A stretch of 64,000 bases of DNA from Vicugna vicugna. Lineage: Eukaryota. Below the pieces are notes generated by a model that was given only the letters and a program-made list of their open reading frames with translations, was not told the DNA's origin and did not search any database. Both the position numbers and the translations under genes were made by a program. Numbering within the stretch: position 1 is the first letter of the stretch; each line of letters opens with the position of its first letter. The stretch is from assembly GCA_013265495.1 (NCBI GenBank), contig MU057987.1:310001-374000 (forward strand), read 5' to 3'. Below, piece after piece: positions 26,731-40,315 of the stretch.

Positions 26731-27784
26731 GTGGAAAGAAGAGTGTTTGCATTACATTCACCAAAACTGGAAGGAAGAGGCTGGAGCACAAGAGAGGGCG
26801 GGGGCTGCTCCCTCCCACCCCACTACAGCAGCAGGGCTGGGGTTTCTGTGTCCTGGCACCAGGAAGAAGAATGAAGTCCCTGCTTCAGCGCACACAGCGG
26901 CTACAAGAAACAAACAATAAACCTATTTTGCACATTGACTGATCTGACTCCAAGGGTTGGCAATGTCTCCAGTGTTTAGAGAGCGAAGACCCAGCTTACG
27001 TAAGTGCTGAACTTAAGAGCTGAGGGCCCCAACTGGAGACTAGGGACGCCATGACGTTCGTGACAAGCAGAAACGAAAATATCAGATGCCACATGGATGA
27101 GGAACTCTGGTGCAGGAGAAACGCGTTATTTAACAATCTGCCACTGAATGAACAAAAACCAGCTGAAATCAAGCTAGAGGCAGCCAAGAACACACCGCTG
27201 AAGTCATCACGGAGCGCTACCAAGATTGGCTGGGGACTGCAGAGCTGTGAGTCTCATTCTGAAAGAAGGCCGGGGCGGGGGGGGGCGGGGGGACAGGCAA
27301 GGCGGGGGCATGGACGGAGTGCACTGGGAACTAGCAACGAGAGGGGAAAAGACAGGTACTCACTGAAAGCTAATTAATATATTGAGTGGCCAGGCAAAGA
27401 AAAATAGGGGATCACCCCCATAAAAAAAAAAAAACACGTTTCTCTGTGGGCTGCTTTTTGTGACAGCTGTATTTAGTCAGCTACCTCCTCTACAACGTCC
27501 ATGAACTGGGGCAGTAACCTCCTAAGCCAGCACTTTCCCAAGTGCCTGCGGGAGCACACACCAGCATCTCCTGGGGAGAGCGCTCCTTCCCCACCGTGGA
27601 GAGAGCAGAGCTCACCCAACTTTAAGAGATGAAGATGCAGAGCACCTGAAACCCCGTGCTCACTGGAAGGAAAAGCAGGTTGAGCAGTTATACAGAGTAA
27701 AACCAGGCACAGCACATGACACAAGGAGACACACAGGGGCTAATTCAGCAGGAAACACTGTACAAGATAAATCTCTACCAAACG

Positions 27785-28115
27785 CCTATTTAGCCTCAGT
27801 TTTCTTATCTGCAAAATGGGGAAAATTAAACCTCTCTTATAGGGCTGTTGTAAGAACTGCATGAAAGTAAGATTTCGATCAGAAGACTAAATGAATAAAT
27901 ATAAGCTAACGTTAAAAAGAAGAGCTGATGTTTTAAAACTGCAGTCGGCTGTGTTCCTGGAGCGAGTTAGCCACTCTGGGCCCCCCTTTCCTCACCTGAA
28001 GAATGAACCTATTCAGAGTACCTTGTCCTTAGGTCTACTGAGGATTAGAGAATGAGTCACATTCTTAAAATAGTGCCAGGCTCATAGTACATGCTCATTA
28101 AATGTCAGCTGCCAT
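27785..28115. mobile_element. Two adjacent MIR SINE fragments
   Basis: gcctcagttttcttatctgcaaaatgggg and tttcctcacctgaagaatg...atgctcattaaatgtcagct. Confidence 0.7.
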
Positions 28116-29112
28116 TTTTCATTAGAAGTTCCTTAAAGCTTCCCTACCTGCCTCAGCTACCGATTCTGCCTCAGAAAGATATTGCCTTATTTCTGTGTTT
28201 TTATTCTACTTACCATGTAGAACTGTAGAATCAGCAACAAACTTGAACATAAACAAGCCATCCAACCACCTACACGGGACTTTTTTCTATCTACAACTGA
28301 ATTCAACTGCGGAGGGAAGCAGTGTTGGCAGCACCCACTTCAGGTGGGAACCACGGAGACGCTGGGATGCAACCAGGGAAGGTGCCCAGGTACAAACACA
28401 CCCGTTCTCCAGATGCTCAAGGATTTCACCAGTTGATTAATAGCAACTCCCTTAAGCTCCCTGCTGACCCCCTTCCTCGAACACCGGTGGATGCCTCCTT
28501 ATACAGCAGCAGGAAGATTTCCTCACAGTGAAAGGATGATTTTTCAGAGCCAGGTACAATCATGACTCTCACACAGATATAACAGCAGGTCAAAGACTGA
28601 ACTCATTAATTCATGGGGGAACTGGAAAGCTCTCATAAACACCTCAAAGGAGAATCCCAGGACCAGACTGAACAAACCTAAGCCCATCAGGAAACAAATC
28701 TGCTTGAGGGATGCAAAGCTAGCTTCTTCCACAATGGAGATGAAGTCAATTCAACCTCTAGAGCACAAAAAACTTCCTGCATGTCTACAGGTAAGAATTA
28801 TGTGCATTATATCAGTATCGTACAAGCTAAGGCTATAGAGTGAACTCGATCTAGTCATCTCTAGAGGTTTAAAATAACTCAAAGACAATTAAAAGCACAA
28901 ACCCAGTAGAATCAGGGAACTCCGAAAGGTATGCTCTAAACACAGTCTGCCACTGAAGACGCTGGGAAATCTTTTGGCCTAGTTTAAAGCCTTTTACAAC
29001 TTTTGGGCTCTGATCTTTCCACTTGGATCAAGAATAATCCCAAAGGAGCCACCCCCACAGGGCTAGCCTTGTTAGATTTGGCCTCATCGTGTGTGGAGGT
29101 GCAGGGGTGGGA

Positions 29113-29584
29113 CTCAGCGGGCAGGCTGCCGCCAAGATGTGCTACTCTGGCCTGTGGATTATTTTGAGCTGTGAACAATCAAGGCCCAAAGACTCAGGAA
29201 GACCTTTGGACTTCCCCCTAACTGCCTAAACGGACACAAGATAGGAGGCCTGCCCCAGGAAGAAGCTATCACCATCGATAACTGCGTAAAGTATTAGGTG
29301 TGTGTGGGGAGGAGGAACCTAGCAAAGCCCTTTTGCTCAAAGTCCTCTCTGTGCCCCAGTGTCTCTAGATGGCCCATTAACTCTTTCTTCCTGTGAATTC
29401 CCTTACTTCCTCTTGAAGCCTCAGACCCCTCCCTCTTTCTCCTTAGTCCAGAATATTGTACCTTGCCTTGCTGTCTTTGGAGTTCATCCTCTGAATTCCC
29501 ACAGGCACGTAATGAATTTGATTTTCTCCTGTGAATCTGCCTTATGTCATTTTAATTGCTGGTCGAAATTTCCCCTCCACCACA
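29113..29584 (+). mobile_element. Solo ERV1 LTR (MER34/MER39-like)
   Basis: gccgccaagatgtgctactctggcctgtggattattttgagctg start; ends tttcccctccaccaca. Confidence 0.65.
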
Positions 29585-30079
29585 GCAGCAAGAGGATTTC
29601 CCAAGTTTGCTCTGGAAATCTAGAGGGCTCCAGTGCAGAACAATTTCAAAATAAACTTCCGTTGGGTAGTCTTCTCATAAGCAATGTCACATTGGACTTC
29701 TTAAAGCTTCTAGTGTTTGCTATCCCAAAGCTAGGAAACCAAACCCAAAAAACACCAAAACCAAACTTGACCTGCAGTACCTGTGAGTGTGGGTGAACCC
29801 CTCTCTCTTCAAGGCCCTGGCCTCCCAGAAGGTGGCCTCCTCGCCACCTGAAGACTGGGCCCCAGTAAGTCAGGTTCCAGGGCCGGTGTCCTGAGCAGCT
29901 TTCATCGGCACTGGCTCCATAAAAAGGTTCTAAGTAAAATAAGTTCATCTTGTTTTCTTAAAAGCAGTTGTCATGCCTAATTAAACTGAGAATCATTCTC
30001 AGATAAGACATTCCAGGCAAGGCTTTGGTCATATACGCAATTTTTTCAATTAACTCCCGGTACCAAAGAGGACAGATCT

Positions 30080-30605
30080 GTTGATGAAAAGTTAATCAAT
30101 CTAAGACAGAAATAGAAAAGTTTTATTCAAGCCAAATTGAGGATTATAACCCAGGAATGGCATCTCAGAAACTCCAAGAACTCTTCTACCCGTTGGAAGT
30201 CAAAGAATTGTTATACAGCTTCTTTGAGACAGAGGGCTGTGCTTTAAATGACATACTATTGACAGTTTATACAATCCAGAACTAGGATCACCCTGATCCC
30301 TTAGGAGATCCAGAAGAAACATTACCTTCTAAGGGGTTGTCTCGATGTTGCTGGGAGAATGGTGCTGTTTATAGCTGAGCAGGTGTTCCTGCCAATGGGA
30401 GAGGTCTGGTCAATGCATATTCAGATACACAGTGAGGAAGTGTGGACACAAAGGGAACAAAAGAGGGGCTCTATACAGAAGAAACTGCATGAGTCGAGTC
30501 GTAACCTGGAGGCCAGTTACACCATGGAGAGCTAAGGAAACTGCAAGTTCATTTAGGCTTTGGACAGAAAAAAGTAAAATGTTTACCACCATCTTTGACT
30601 TGGCA
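30080..30605 (-). mobile_element. Solo ERV1-type LTR
   Basis: Bounded TG...CA (tgttgatg ... cttggca); minus-strand AATAAA at ~30122-30127; ccaaattgaggattataacccagg typical of ERV1 LTR U5/R on the minus strand. Confidence 0.6.
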
Positions 30606-31169
30606 CAGGATAAACCCCTGGGTACTGATAGCAGCCTCTCTGCTTTAAGGATTTTAAGGAAAAAAACAGTGAACATATGACAGGGAAAGTGTGTGAGTAG
30701 GGTATTGTAAATAATTCTCAACCCGTTCCAAAAATGGCTCGCAGCCATTCTAAATATTGCCTAGGAATTATTTATAATGCCTGATACAACATTCGGTGAT
30801 AACATAAGCACACACAATTGGGAGTCTGTTAAAATTTAATCCCAATTTAAAAGCGAGGCGGAGCAGGCCAAGACCAGAATCAGCAGAGGATTTATCAGAA
30901 ATCTATCATTCAAGTTAGAAAAGACCCTCAAACTCAAAAAATTTTAAATGTCCATTTCCCAGAGCTGACAGAAGGTGATCTCTTCTTGAGACTGGTTGCC
31001 TCATTCAACAGAGAACTAGATTTTCATCAGTCTTAGTGAAAAGGGTTATTGGTCTTCATCTACTTGTTGGCACATATCCCCCAGCCTCTCCTAACTCTAA
31101 AGTCACATCTGGAAAAGTGAGATTATAACCAGAGCTGCCAGATGGCTTCAACAGTGAAAAATTCTTCCT

Positions 31170-31400
31170 AAAATGGTAGCTACCATTTAGTTACCATTTA
31201 GTTACAGACACTTTCGAACATTCCTAGTTTAATCTTAACCCAACCCTATGTGATATACGGTAAATTATCATGCCCATTTTACAGATGAATAAAGAATCAG
31301 GGAGACAAGTAACTTGCCTAAATTTTTCATACATTACAACATATGAAACACTGAGAAGCTCAGATTCTAATCCACATCAATCCTAAAGGCCAGTCTTAAA
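31170..31400. mobile_element. MIR SINE
   Basis: attatcatgcccattttacagatgaa...aagtaacttgcct core. Confidence 0.7.
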
Positions 31401-31523
31401 AATACAGAACCTCTGAAGAAAAATGGAGCTCCCCCAGGACTTTTAAATGATGATGTTTAAAATAGCATCTGAGGTTATAAAAGGGTGTCTTTGTTATCTC
31501 ATAAGTAGGCTTCCTGAGCCGTA

Positions 31524-32025
31524 ACCAGGCCTGCCTTCAGCATTTGTAGGTCCCTGGACAAGAATACAAATGAAAAATCCACATAATGTATGTCTAAATG
31601 TTAGAAGTAATAAATCAATCTAACAAGCTATTAAATAAAATATGTTCTACACTCCTGCCTTGATAAATATGCTTTATAATGACTGAAAGGCCAGGTTCAA
31701 ATTCAGAATCCCTCAGCTCATAGCAGGCCCCCTCCCTCTCCTCCACCTCCTCTGCACACACACACTCCTCCAAGGCCCGGCTCTGTCCTGCACTGCAAGG
31801 GGCCTGGTACACAGATGTGGTCACCCCAGCCCACATACCCCAGCTCTACCCACCGCCCCCACACAGCTGTCCCTCGGACACTGGCAGGATCTGCCTCCAG
31901 CGTATGGATTTAGGGAGATATTCGACACAGGTCCCCAGAGCCAGCTCAGGTCCCTTTGGGCAGAGGATCCTGGGGACCCACTCGTGGTCTACAAGGTACT
32001 ATTCAAAGCAGTCTTTGAATCTGGT
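31524..32025. mobile_element. hAT-type DNA transposon remnant (family not resolved)
   Basis: caggcctgccttcagcatttgtaggtccctggacaag start and aacaagctattaaataaaatatgttcta recalled from hAT-Tip100 elements. Confidence 0.4.
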
Positions 32026-35000
32026 CCTTGAACTGTTCTAGTCTGCTTCAAGTGCAGATAGAGAAAGGAAGCATTTAGAGCCTCTCATCACAATTTGACA
32101 TTGCTACAACATTCAAGTGCAGAATTTTGTATTTTACAGGAGTATTAGTCAGCCACAAATGGGAAAAAGAATTTAAGGGGGGACGGGTTCTTATCCATAA
32201 TGGACAGCAAAGCTCCGTCTAAAACAGTGGGAAGGCTGGTGGCCACATCCCCTTGGCCCACAGACTCATCCTCTGTGGGAAGAGGCACAGCCTGGGGAGG
32301 ACCCGGCACGGACTTCCAAAGCAGGGTTTCTCATACCCAGGTTTAAGGGCAGCAGTGACAATACCTTTCCTGGTTTTCAATCTTACTTTAAAGCTCTACC
32401 ATCTTTGGGGCTTGTGATCCAAAGAAGGTCCTAGAACCATGAAAGCAGCTCTGCTGTCAAGTGTGTGGGCTTAGGCAGGTACAGAGTGAACAGGTGGCTA
32501 AGAGGAAACCACCACGCCCCCAGAGCTCCTGCTACCAGCATCCCCCTGGCTCAGCCTCAGCCAGAGAAGTGGTCAATGCCAACCAAATGCAGCTCCTGTT
32601 AACTCGGGACTGCTTGGATAATTCAATGTCAAGATTTTAGGTCTCCTGTGATTTTTTTGTTTCTTGCCTCAAACCTCAATTCCTGCTGAAGACACGTTCT
32701 CCAGCCATTTTTTGCTTGTCTGTTCCTGTGCCTGTTGATAAAGTGATTTCATAGGAAAAGAATTTGAGGTGTTTCAAAGAAAATGAATTTTTAAAAGAGG
32801 ACTAAAACAAAAATCTCAAAACACTATTTACAATCATTTTGATATTATTACCTAAAGGTTTTGGCCAGGAAGAAACTTTTTAAAATGATGTGGGATAAGT
32901 ACGAAGAGTTGCCACTACATTTTTTTTTCTACTTCATAATTCTATTTGTTCAACCTTCAGTGTGTATTTTTCTCTCTGCCCACCCACCTCCCTTTCTGCA
33001 ACCCCCTCAATATATACACACACACACCCACCCCAATAAACCATCAGCTGATGAGAACTGCAGTAGTTCCATTTTCAAATGCTATGTTTAACTCTTACTT
33101 GAGCAAATGCCTATTTCTGATATGGACCATATAAGAGATTATACTTTTAAAGCAATAAATTGCTAGCTACAATTAATTTTATAAAAATATCAAGCTTTTA
33201 ATTCTAGGACAGTTTCCAGAATTTTTCTACTAAGACCGAAAATGTGATGGTTCAGATTTATGCACACAGGCAGGGAAGAAGGCAAAGCGAAAGGCAAGAT
33301 CCAGCAGCACCTTCTTAAACAGGGTTTCTCTCCCTCTCTCCCATAGCAAATTGCATCTTAGGACAAATCCACCCCCTTTCCTTTGAGACCAAGGTTTTGT
33401 TCAGCAGCGAAGATCACCATCAACTTAACAGGAAGGTTAAGTTAAAGAGTGTAAACCAACAGAAGTTTTCGGTATCACACTTAAAATTATGTAAATACTG
33501 TTCAGTAACACCAATACCTTAGTGAATACGAGGTCCCTTCAGTACACATACCATGCTAACCCTGGAGCAGTCTGTCAACAGTTACCCTTTCTGCTCAAAC
33601 AGTGGCTTGATCCCTGGAGGCACAAAATGACTTAGGTGTGTTTTCCTGAGCCTTTCTTGGTATTAACTTATTTTAGGCAGGCATCTTTCTTTCCCTCTAG
33701 ACAAGGGGTGATTAGTGGGCATAAGAACCATTTAGAATAATTTTTTAAATGCACGTTCCCAGTCCACCTCCTTCAAGACTTAGATTCAATAGGCCTGAGA
33801 TCTTGCCAAGGGTCTTTGTTTTTAACAAGTATCCCAGGTAATTTCAACAAAGCTGTTTCAGGGAACAGCCTTTGAAAAACACTTTATTGGAATCTTGAGT
33901 GTTTTAAGTACTGAATGAATCAACTAGTGCTTATTGGCAACTTGAGCTCATTTTATCTTGATGACAGAAGTATCATGGTTGGAAAAAGTAAAACTTTATA
34001 GACTGACTCACAAATCAATACATATTATATAAATTGATTAATGATAGAGCCAAAGCTGCTGAAGTAAATTCAGATCCAGCCTCTTGTTAAAAAAAAAAAA
34101 AAAAACTTTGTTTTAAGTCACCAACATTTAGAAATAAAGAGGTATCTGTCATTTCAACTCTATCGTTTAACTGGCTCCATCAAGAAATATTTAAGTACAT
34201 AAAGGAAAGTACCTGCTTTTTAGTGTTTAATCGTGGTTACACGTGACCTTGTAGATTTCTATCCATAGGAAAGGTAATCCCAAAGGTTAGTCATGTGCCC
34301 TGAAATGCATTAACTAGGTTTGTATCTAGGAGTCAATTTATCCTGATATTCTTTTATCTGACTCCACTTCTCAAATTATCTTGAGTCTATCTTCCAATCT
34401 TAGTGGTTTCTTCATTAAGCAATGGGGTGAATAAACACATTAACATGTATTTATAAGAGAGTCATTTTTGATTCTTTGAGAATTGTGCTTTGGCAGTTTG
34501 GGAGGTTCTACTGAGATGGTCAAATGCACTCACCTGCCAAAGCCAATTAAACTACACTGATCAAAAGTACAAATTCTTGTGCTGTTTAAGCCTAGGCACA
34601 TCTTCTCTTGGCTCCCACAGTCAGTGTCAAGCGGCAGGAGACTTCTGCTGACCCTGTTCCTGCCTGTGTTTGTGTTTCTGGTTCTTGGCCACATTCAGTT
34701 CTGCCTCTAGTTTGTGCACAACCAACACATTATTTCCCCTTGATGGCAGCAATGGGGGTTTGATTTTGTAGTTTGACAGTCTGGTTTCTGCATCAAGATG
34801 GCAGGCACCTGCCCTCCGTCTAAGAGGAGGCGAAGAATTTTTGTCTGTCTCTTTGTGTTCACATCAACTAGGAAAATATTTCATATACATTATAAAGGAA
34901 AACAGCTCTTGGAGAAACTGGTTTGTGTTTCTGTTTTGACCTGTGGCTCAGAGTTTAAGTGAAGAATGTATCTATCTGTCTAAAATTGAGAAAAAGCCAT

Positions 35001-36384
35001 AACCTCTCACTGTGTAAATGTGAAATACTGTCCTACCTTAGTAGGTTATCAATAAGTTAATGGCAAAGTCTCAAAATAAAAAGGCTCTGTTTTGTGTTGG
35101 TTCAGAGAGATTACTACTTACATGAGTGAATTGTTCCTAAAATTCCCCCAGAATATAAACTGAATTTTAAATGTGATAGCTTTCAAAGATAAAACAAATC
35201 ACTAGTCCAAAAGCATGTTTTTATAAGAATCCAAGTTTGTATAATCAAGATAAAACCACCGGACAAATAAGACTGGTTTAACAGTTTTGGTTATGAAAAC
35301 AATGATATTATCTTTATTGTGATTATAGCAGAGTTCAGTATTATATAAGACGACATTTTAAAGATGTGATTTTGTTCATGAATTTCTCAAATGTCTTACA
35401 CTCACTTATTAATCAAATAAGCTTCTACTCCTATATTATTTTTAGGATTACAAAAAATGTAAAAATATACTCAACTAAAATTATAATTCTGATAAGCTTT
35501 TTGATATAAATAGTAATTTTGTTCTGTAGAGTTTCAGCTTAAACATAATATCCTACATCCTTTGGTTACTAGAAAATCTTGGGCTAGTTTTACATAGAAT
35601 TAATTACTGGATAAGTTTTAGATACCTGGATAATTTCTAAGTACAACACTGAAACCCAAGTACAGGTTTAATATACGTACCTTCAGTTTCTTTACTACAG
35701 AGTGGTTATAATTTTGAATCATGTTATTAGATCTGCTTACTCTTGCCACTTTAAGAATGTAAAGGCTGGTATGTGTGGCTTTAGGGACTGAGTTTTGCTT
35801 GTTTGTTTGCTAAACTGTGTGACAATTATCAACTACCCACCTCTCAGCAAAACAGAAGTTAATCTGGAGCACTGAGCAGAAGTTAGATACAACTGAATAT
35901 GCGAGGTAACGGGATGCAATTTCATTTTCCCAGGAAAATCAGAAGAGTATTGTTCTAAAGCAAAGTGTCTGCTTGTTCCAGAATATGAAAGGGCATGGTG
36001 GAGAACAAAAGTTGAGTTTACACAGCAAGCTGGAGATGTTTAGAGGGAACTGCATTTTATTTACCTTGGTTTTAAATACCTGAGCCTGAAAAATAAGGAA
36101 GTATGTTAAAACTTTGACAGTTTGCTTAGTTTTGATGGGCTTATAAATTAAGAACCCTTTACTGCCAAATACTGTATTAATACAAACTAGAACTTGGCTT
36201 TCTTTTTATTAAAATGACAACTAGTTTTGAAATATTTAGTCTAAGAATGGATAGTAAGTGCTTACTCTTTAGTTTAACTTGTTTAAACAGGACTCCATAC
36301 TCACCCAGGATAATTTTCTGTGCTTTGCATTGCTTTATCATGTTCTTGATTTTAAAAAATAATAAAGGACAAAGTTTACTCACT

Positions 36385-36760
36385 TGTGAAGGTGCTGAGG
36401 TCAGAGGCTGGGTTCTGCACGAGCAGATGCTGAGACAGTGGCAGATGGAAGCAAAGGGGAGAATGGCAGAAGTCAAACAGGGGGCAGGCCCCACAGTGCT
36501 TCGGCAGCCCCACGGGGAACTCGAACATACATGGCTGTGTCCAGAGTTGGACCCCAGAGTCACACCTGGGATCACTGGGTGTGAGCCACCCTGGAAAGGA
36601 GAGCACTTAGACAAGGCAGCTCTGCAGATGAACAAAACCCACTGGGGGCTGAATGCCCGAGGCTGCCTGCTGACAGCTGGGCAACATGTCCTTCCATGAC
36701 CAGGAAGCTGGGCAGCTCATCCCCACGGGCACAATCCCCTCCGGTCATGCTACCTTCCAC
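36385..36760 (-). mobile_element. ERVL-type LTR (LTR33/LTR16-like) nested in the provirus
   Basis: GC-rich block in AT-rich context: gggttctgcacgagcagatgctgagacag ... ggcagctctgcag ... gctgggcaacatgtccttc. Confidence 0.45.
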
Positions 36761-37160
36761 TACGTCCATTCCGATGTATCAGAGTGTCACCTTGATTAAA
36801 AAGGTAACCAAGCATTTTATCTCAAGAATCCATAGATCCTATCTTAATCTGGTGAGACGACTCTTCGTTAAACTTTTGGTTTGGCCTTCAAGATCAGAAC
36901 TCAGTTAGGAAAAAAACACAAATTTCCAGATTTTTTTTATCATTTAAAACTTAACTTTGCAATTTCCCATTCAGCCTCCAGATGATCACATGTCTTTATG
37001 CCTTGTAAAAAGGACCCTAGAAATGATAGGGTGAGTTTGGGATGCTCTGTATTTCTCAGTTAGCTCAACATTATTACAAGGACACTCTTGTACGTTGTCA
37101 AACCCAAGGATGAATGTGTACAGGATATACATTAATAAAAACGTCTGAGATTAGACCCGC

Positions 37161-37850
37161 TGCAATGTTTCTCCAAGTGTGGTCTCCAGACCAGCAACAG
37201 CACTCCTGGGGATCTCGTTCGCACAGGGGAACAAAACGTGCCACCCCAAAATGTGTCTCTTTGGCACAAGGGTTATTTTAGGCTGATTATTTTTAAAAGA
37301 CCTGGCAACTCAGAGTCTTTCTTTACCTCTCCCTTAACTGCCTAGAAGTTACATGAAGGGCCGTAGGTCCGGGGAAAGCCCTGTCACAGAGACACCTACA
37401 AAGATTATGGGTGCGGCGTGGTAGGGGGAGCTCAGCAGCGACTGGAGACCAGTCTTCCGTGTCCCACTGTCTCTGCACCACATTAACAAACCTTTGGTTA
37501 TCAAATGTTTGTTCTTCCACCTCTGAACTGCCTTCCTCCCTTCTGAAGTCCCAGATCCCTACCTCCTCCTCTCAGATGACAGGTAAGTGGCAATGGAACC
37601 TCCCCAATCCCTGCACATATGCAATGAAGTTTGACTTTCTCCTGTTAATCTGTCTCATGACAATTTAATCTGTAGACCAGCTGAAAGAGCCTAGAAAGAC
37701 AGAGCAAAGATTCCCCCCCCCCCCGTATTAGAAACACCAACTCCAGAGCCTCTCCTCAGACCTACCGAATGAGTCAGTGGGGCCCAGCGATCGGACTTTA
37801 CAGAAGCTCTCCGTGGGATACCAGTGCCTGATAAAACCTGAAAACCACTG
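37161..37850. mobile_element. MER5A-like DNA transposon split by an LTR
   Basis: Left half ttctccaagtgtggtctccagaccagcaacagca...ctcgtt (to ~37219); right half ttagaaa...cagacctaccgaat...ggggcccagc...tgaaaaccactg (from ~37728). Confidence 0.7.
37221..37727 (+). mobile_element. Solo ERV1 LTR (MER34/MER39-like) inserted in MER5A
   Basis: gccaccccaaaatgtgtctctttggcacaagggttattttaggctga start; ttctcctgttaatctgtc near the end; similar to the LTR at 29113. Confidence 0.7.
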
Positions 37851-38879
37851 CCTCGCGGAACTGATCGAAAGGCCCTAGAAATCTGTTAATACCCCCAAAT
37901 CTGCTTTAAATATCCATACCCTCAGGAGTAAAGCTGGTCAAATTTGAAAGATTTATATGTATTTCATTGCAATGGAGAATTTTAGTCTCTTGTATTTTTA
38001 TATTATTGGCTACTGTAATAAATTAATCACAGCATCTAGCCTCAGAAACAGGTTTCTGCTCTACCCTGATATTTGCCTAAAGACTCCAGGCATGAGTTTG
38101 TATCTTCAACAAGGAAAAATGGTCTCAGAGGTCAAAGCCAGAGATTAAGGCCAAGACTCCCAGATCAGGCTTTGGAGCTTAAAAATGACATCACTTAGAC
38201 AACTAATTACTCCTGACGACAGAGTCAGGACGTAAACAAAACTGACTGCATCAGACTAAATGAACCAGTGAGAGAACTTTAATTGTGGTTATTTATTTTG
38301 GAATATACTATTTTCAGCGTTCTTTTTTCTAATCAGTATATGAGAAAGGCTCTCTCAAATTACTGGACTGTGCTTCTGTAGATTGAAACATTTGACAAGT
38401 AATATCCAATTCTTATTAACCCCTCAGAATTCAGATGATTCTACAGTGTTTCCTTATTTGCAATGAAAATATTTGCTCTCCTTACTTTTAATGAAATATG
38501 GTTATTTGCGTATATTCTCTCCTAGTCCTCCTTACTAGGGTGTAACTGTAAAACCGTACAACCACAGCTGTACCTAGTGTCATATTTAACAATGCTTCTT
38601 ACTTGATACGGTGTAACAAGCATAAAAATAAAAATCATCCTTGATGTGTGGACATAATACTTCAATCCCTCCTAGAAACGCTGGCCTGTAATCTGTGCTA
38701 CAGTTTAGAAGGTTCCAGCCTCACAGGGTAAGGAAGGTCACTTCCTGATAGTCAGAACCTTATAAAACACGGGGACTGTCTATGAGATTGGACTTTGCCC
38801 CGACTTACAGGTAATGCAGGTGAAACTTCATAAAGGGAGAGTCTTAGCCTTGACTTCCTAGACCCAAGATAGAAAAGTA

Positions 38880-39307
38880 AGTAACAGAGATGCCAACTAA
38901 AACGTGTCGCTCGCCATCTGGCTCTGTAAGAATGAGGTCACTAGCCACTGCAGTCAGTGACTCAACACACCCTAAAAGGAGTTCAGGGGGGAGATCAGGA
39001 ATGAGACACTCTGACAGGCCTTCAGATACTTCAGGAGATTTTATGAGCCCAATTTCTTGCACCTTCTCATATCTAGAAAGGCCCTAAAGTCATTAACAGG
39101 TATCTGTTCCCCGTCACTAGCAGCAAGCCTCTGCCAAAGCGTGTGCCTGACTGTACGCACCCCCCTCACTAAAATCACATACATACCGACCTCCGCCCAC
39201 CTCTTCGGAGCAGTTCCTCGGCGCTGTCGGAGAGGCGATAGTCCTCGTTCTGCCCTAAATAAAACTTAACTCACAATTCTCATATTGTGCATTTTTTTCA
39301 GTCTATA
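38880..39307 (+). mobile_element. Solo ERV1 LTR nested in the provirus
   Basis: aaaatcacatacataccgacctcc...ggagcagttcctc...AATAAAacttaactcacaattctc...ttttttcagtctata; retains CpGs, so it is probably younger than its host. Confidence 0.65.
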
Positions 39308-39934
39308 AAGGCATATAAAAGTCCAAGCCAGGATTCCTCTAGCAAACGTCCACGTAGTTCATTTTCTCACCTTTGTTTGCAGCTCGCTAGAAGAAGCTTG
39401 TATGTGTTTATTTACAAAGGTGCAGCGAGAGGTGTAAATTATCAGGCCACGATTAAATAAGGCTAACTTTTGTTGTTTAAGAATAAGCTTTAGAAATTAT
39501 TTATGGTCATAGTGGGAGTTGGGGGAGCAGTTGAGAAAAAAAAAATAGCCAAAACTTGGAAATGAAGCTTAAGGATAACTGCCTGTCCTTTCAGTGTCAT
39601 TGTTTTAAGGATTACATAAATATCTTGGTGATTGTACCTATGGATTTGACTTTGTTATTTAGTATTAAATCAGAATACTGATACTTTGAAACTGAGAATT
39701 TTTAGATTCCTCTTAAATAAAAAAGTTCTTCCTTTGTAAGCCATTAACCACTTTTAATCTATTCACAGATTTCAGCTTTCTTTTGACTGTCTGACTATAT
39801 AAATCTTTATTTCCCAAATTCTGCTTTGAACCAGGCTTACCATCTTACTGGTTTCCTCATCAATTAGTGAGTTGAATAAAATCTCTGACATATGTTCATT
39901 TTATATTTATACAAGAGTCATTTTTTTCCCACGT

Positions 39935-40315
39935 TTTGAAAATTCTGCTTTGATACTTGGGGCTGGATGTGCTTTGGAACTCAGAAGGCAGATTTTAGAA
40001 AGTGCAGAGATGTATATTTTATATATTTTTACATTACAGAAACAGATAACTCCCAGCGGCATCTGGGACAGCACCCCATAAGCAAACATCTTAGTATTTC
40101 TCTTGTGAAGCATATAAGTATTTATATTCAGTGAGATGAAAGACAAGACAGTAAATAGCCTGTTATTTCAGGTTTGTTTTTTTGTTTTTGTTTTGTTTTT
40201 TAACCACTGAACAAACTCAGAAGAGGTCAGGATGCTACCAAGTGAGTTATGAAAAATTTGTCAGTTTTCAGCACTTGTGGATTTTGGTAGGCAATTAAGG
40301 AATTGTGAACCTAAA
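39935..40315. mobile_element. Old DNA transposon remnant (MER-type, family not resolved)
   Basis: ataactcccagcggcatctgggacagcaccccataagcaaacat ... ggattttgg...aaggaattgtgaacct. Confidence 0.4.

Larger units (their letters stand above)
34150..39860 (+). mobile_element. Ancient ERV1 provirus remnant: 5' LTR (ends 34495), tRNA-Gln PBS, degenerate AT-rich internal region with nested insertions
   Basis: AATAAA at 34430-34435, LTR end ...ctttggca at 34495, then GGGAGGTTCTACTGAGAT (34500-34517), 15/18 to the tRNA-Gln PBS TGGAGGTTCCACCGAGAT. Downstream sequence resembles MER4-group internal regions. Both outer ends are approximate. Confidence 0.6.
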
